Part shown: positions 62,109-64,000 of the stretch, in pieces | Numbering within the stretch: position 1 is the first letter of the stretch | Layout: each line of letters begins with the position of its first letter | Origin: Trichoplax sp. H2 | Taxonomy: Eukaryota | Assembly: GCA_003344405.1 (NCBI GenBank) | Contig: NOWV01000017.1 | Coordinates: 1 to 64,000 of the forward strand | Direction of reading: 5' to 3' | Length of the DNA: 64,000 nucleotides | Notes under the pieces: model-generated | What the model saw: only the letters and a program-made list of their open reading frames with translations | Database searches by the model: none | What the model was told of the DNA's origin: nothing | Position numbers and translations under genes: made by a program

Positions 62109-64000
62109 ATGGTAAGTTGAATCATTTTCTTTCCTTCTTTACGATTAACTATTGAAGTATTTCGATTGATTGGCTAGCTTACCGCAAATCTTATATCAAT
62201 GTAGCTCAGTACAGTATGATGTTAAAGCCAATACAAATATGTTGCGTTGTCGATGACACAATTATACCTACAATTTTGACGATTCTGGACGTTTATGCAC
62301 TAGATGAATCCATTAGATTATACTCTAAATTGTATTATTTTGACACGATTGTAAATCTAGTATGGCTAAAATGCCTTTATTTGCATCTAATGTATAAAAT
62401 AGCGCTATAATTAATTTTTATACTAGCTATGAGAAGCATGAAATGTGAGTTTGCAGTCATGAAAAATTCAACTCGATTAGCATTATTCAATTAAAGCAAC
62501 AGAAGCGGATTATTTTGACCGTTACAAAGTAAATATCTCGACGCATTGATATTATTTACTAGGTTTAAAGCATCGACGAATGCAGTATATCGGTTTCCTT
62601 ACCTAAGATGAATATTTAACAATTACGTGTTATATTGATAGCCGCAAACAAGCCATTTTCTAAAAACTCATTTTTATGTCTATCTACAGTATCCATCGCA
62701 CTCATCGCTGTCATCGATCATTGTCATTTTAACTAGATATTTACAGTACTCACTTTTTTATCAAGAGTATAGTGGATACGGTGAAGAACAATATGTGGTA
62801 TGCTGTATCGATACTCTAGATAAAAATTGTTTTATGAATCAGCTCTGAATAAAATATTACCGATCGACGAATGATTGCGTTAAGCGTGTTAAAATATTAT
62901 CGCATGTTTTTATTATCAACATTACTGATAAATATTAAGTTCAAGCAGTCTATTCCATCGCATCCATACAATCCCTATTTCATCGTACTTATACTATTTC
63001 TATTACAGCCTAATACAAGTATCATTCAAAATCCTTTTTATTTGTAACTTAATTTAATACCACACGCCTGCATGAAATGAATGTTTCGCCACTTACATAT
63101 TCTGGGAAGCTACGTAAATTTTACTTCTATTACAGTTTAACGTATCTATGGACTATAAATAAAAGTTAATTATGGCATACTTGAATGAATTGTTTCTTAT
63201 AGGCTTCTGATACCGGCTTAAATGAAATTCATCAACAAACAATTGTTAATTACTTACGATTTGCAAAATTCAAGCGTTCTCAGCAGTTACGTGCAGTAGA
63301 TGCTTGCGTAAACGATTTAAAAGATAGCAGGTATGATCTAATGAATTATAAGTACGAAAGAGTTCTACACCATTAACTATCCTGTAGGCCAAGATTAAAA
63401 TATATTACAATAAAATTTTTAACGATTGAAATACGATAGACTCAATGAAGATACCTATACCAACGATGAAGTCAGCGAAATTATGGATGAATTACGATCG
63501 GTTTTGAAAGGTGATGTTGAAACCGAACTCCTCAATGTATCTCATACCAACGCTCTACTACTACAACAACTCTTTCATCAAGCGGAAAAGTGGCACTTGA
63601 AATTACAGGCTGATATATCACAATTAGAAAACAGGTGCAGATAATTAACACTAAGATATCTGTGCGATTAATGCATTGCATAAGCCGGTTTTTATAAATC
63701 TATTTTAATAACTATGCTCATGACTAGAGAGCTTCTAGAAGAAATTGCTAGGTTTGAAGAGGAAGAAGCTGCTAGCAACATGTCCAAGCAGGTGATTAGG
63801 ATAAATAAGACTTTAAAATAAAAATAGCTAGAAAATAAACATTTTTACTGTTATGATGGCGGTATACTCGAATATTATCGCCTGTCTAGGGTATGTCTGG
63901 ATCATTATCAGGAAAGACCTCAAAGTTACAACCTTTAAATGAAGGTGGTGGAGCAGCTTTGCTGCATATGGTTAGATTTACGCATTTGTATAACTACTTA
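62109..64000 (+). CDS. LZTFL1: Leucine zipper transcription factor-like 1 (BBS17, BBSome regulator), 5' partial, runs off the window
   Basis: Exon 63203-63330 reads ASDTGLNEIHQQTIVNYLRFAKFKR...VDAC. The next exon reads LNEDTYTNDEVSE...VETELLNVSHTNALLLQQLFHQAEKWHLKLQADISQLENR, followed by ELLEEIARFEEEE and KLQPLNEGGGAALL. The start codon is tentatively a lone ATG at 62109-62111 followed by gtaagt. Confidence 0.9.

Overview
AT-rich, gene-dense eukaryotic DNA with short GT-AG introns and animal-type genes. The composition suggests an early-branching metazoan such as a placozoan, but that is inference and cannot be proven from the window. I assembled 11 spliced protein-coding genes by hand: a SMURF-type C2-WW-HECT E3 ligase (+), three tandem diacylglycerol lipase (DAGL) paralogs (-,+,-) filling about 9.6-36 kb, TELO2 (+), TMEM186 (-), SIRT7 (+), a KDEL receptor (-), a C17orf98/SPMAP1-like gene (+), a FAM173/ATPSCKMT methyltransferase (+), and the 5' part of LZTFL1 (+). 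Main points of interest: (1) the three diverged but catalytically intact DAGLs, which differ in Cys strings and C-termini; (2) two copies of a ~450-bp unit on either side of an assembly gap, with the central ~165 bp inverted between them; (3) self-complementary ACAGT/ACTGT arrays clustered near gene 5' ends; (4) linkage resembling the human chr7/16/17 paralogon, including DAGL with KDELR. Exon boundaries are manual and may be off by a few bases. Family calls rest on recalled motifs, with no database search.
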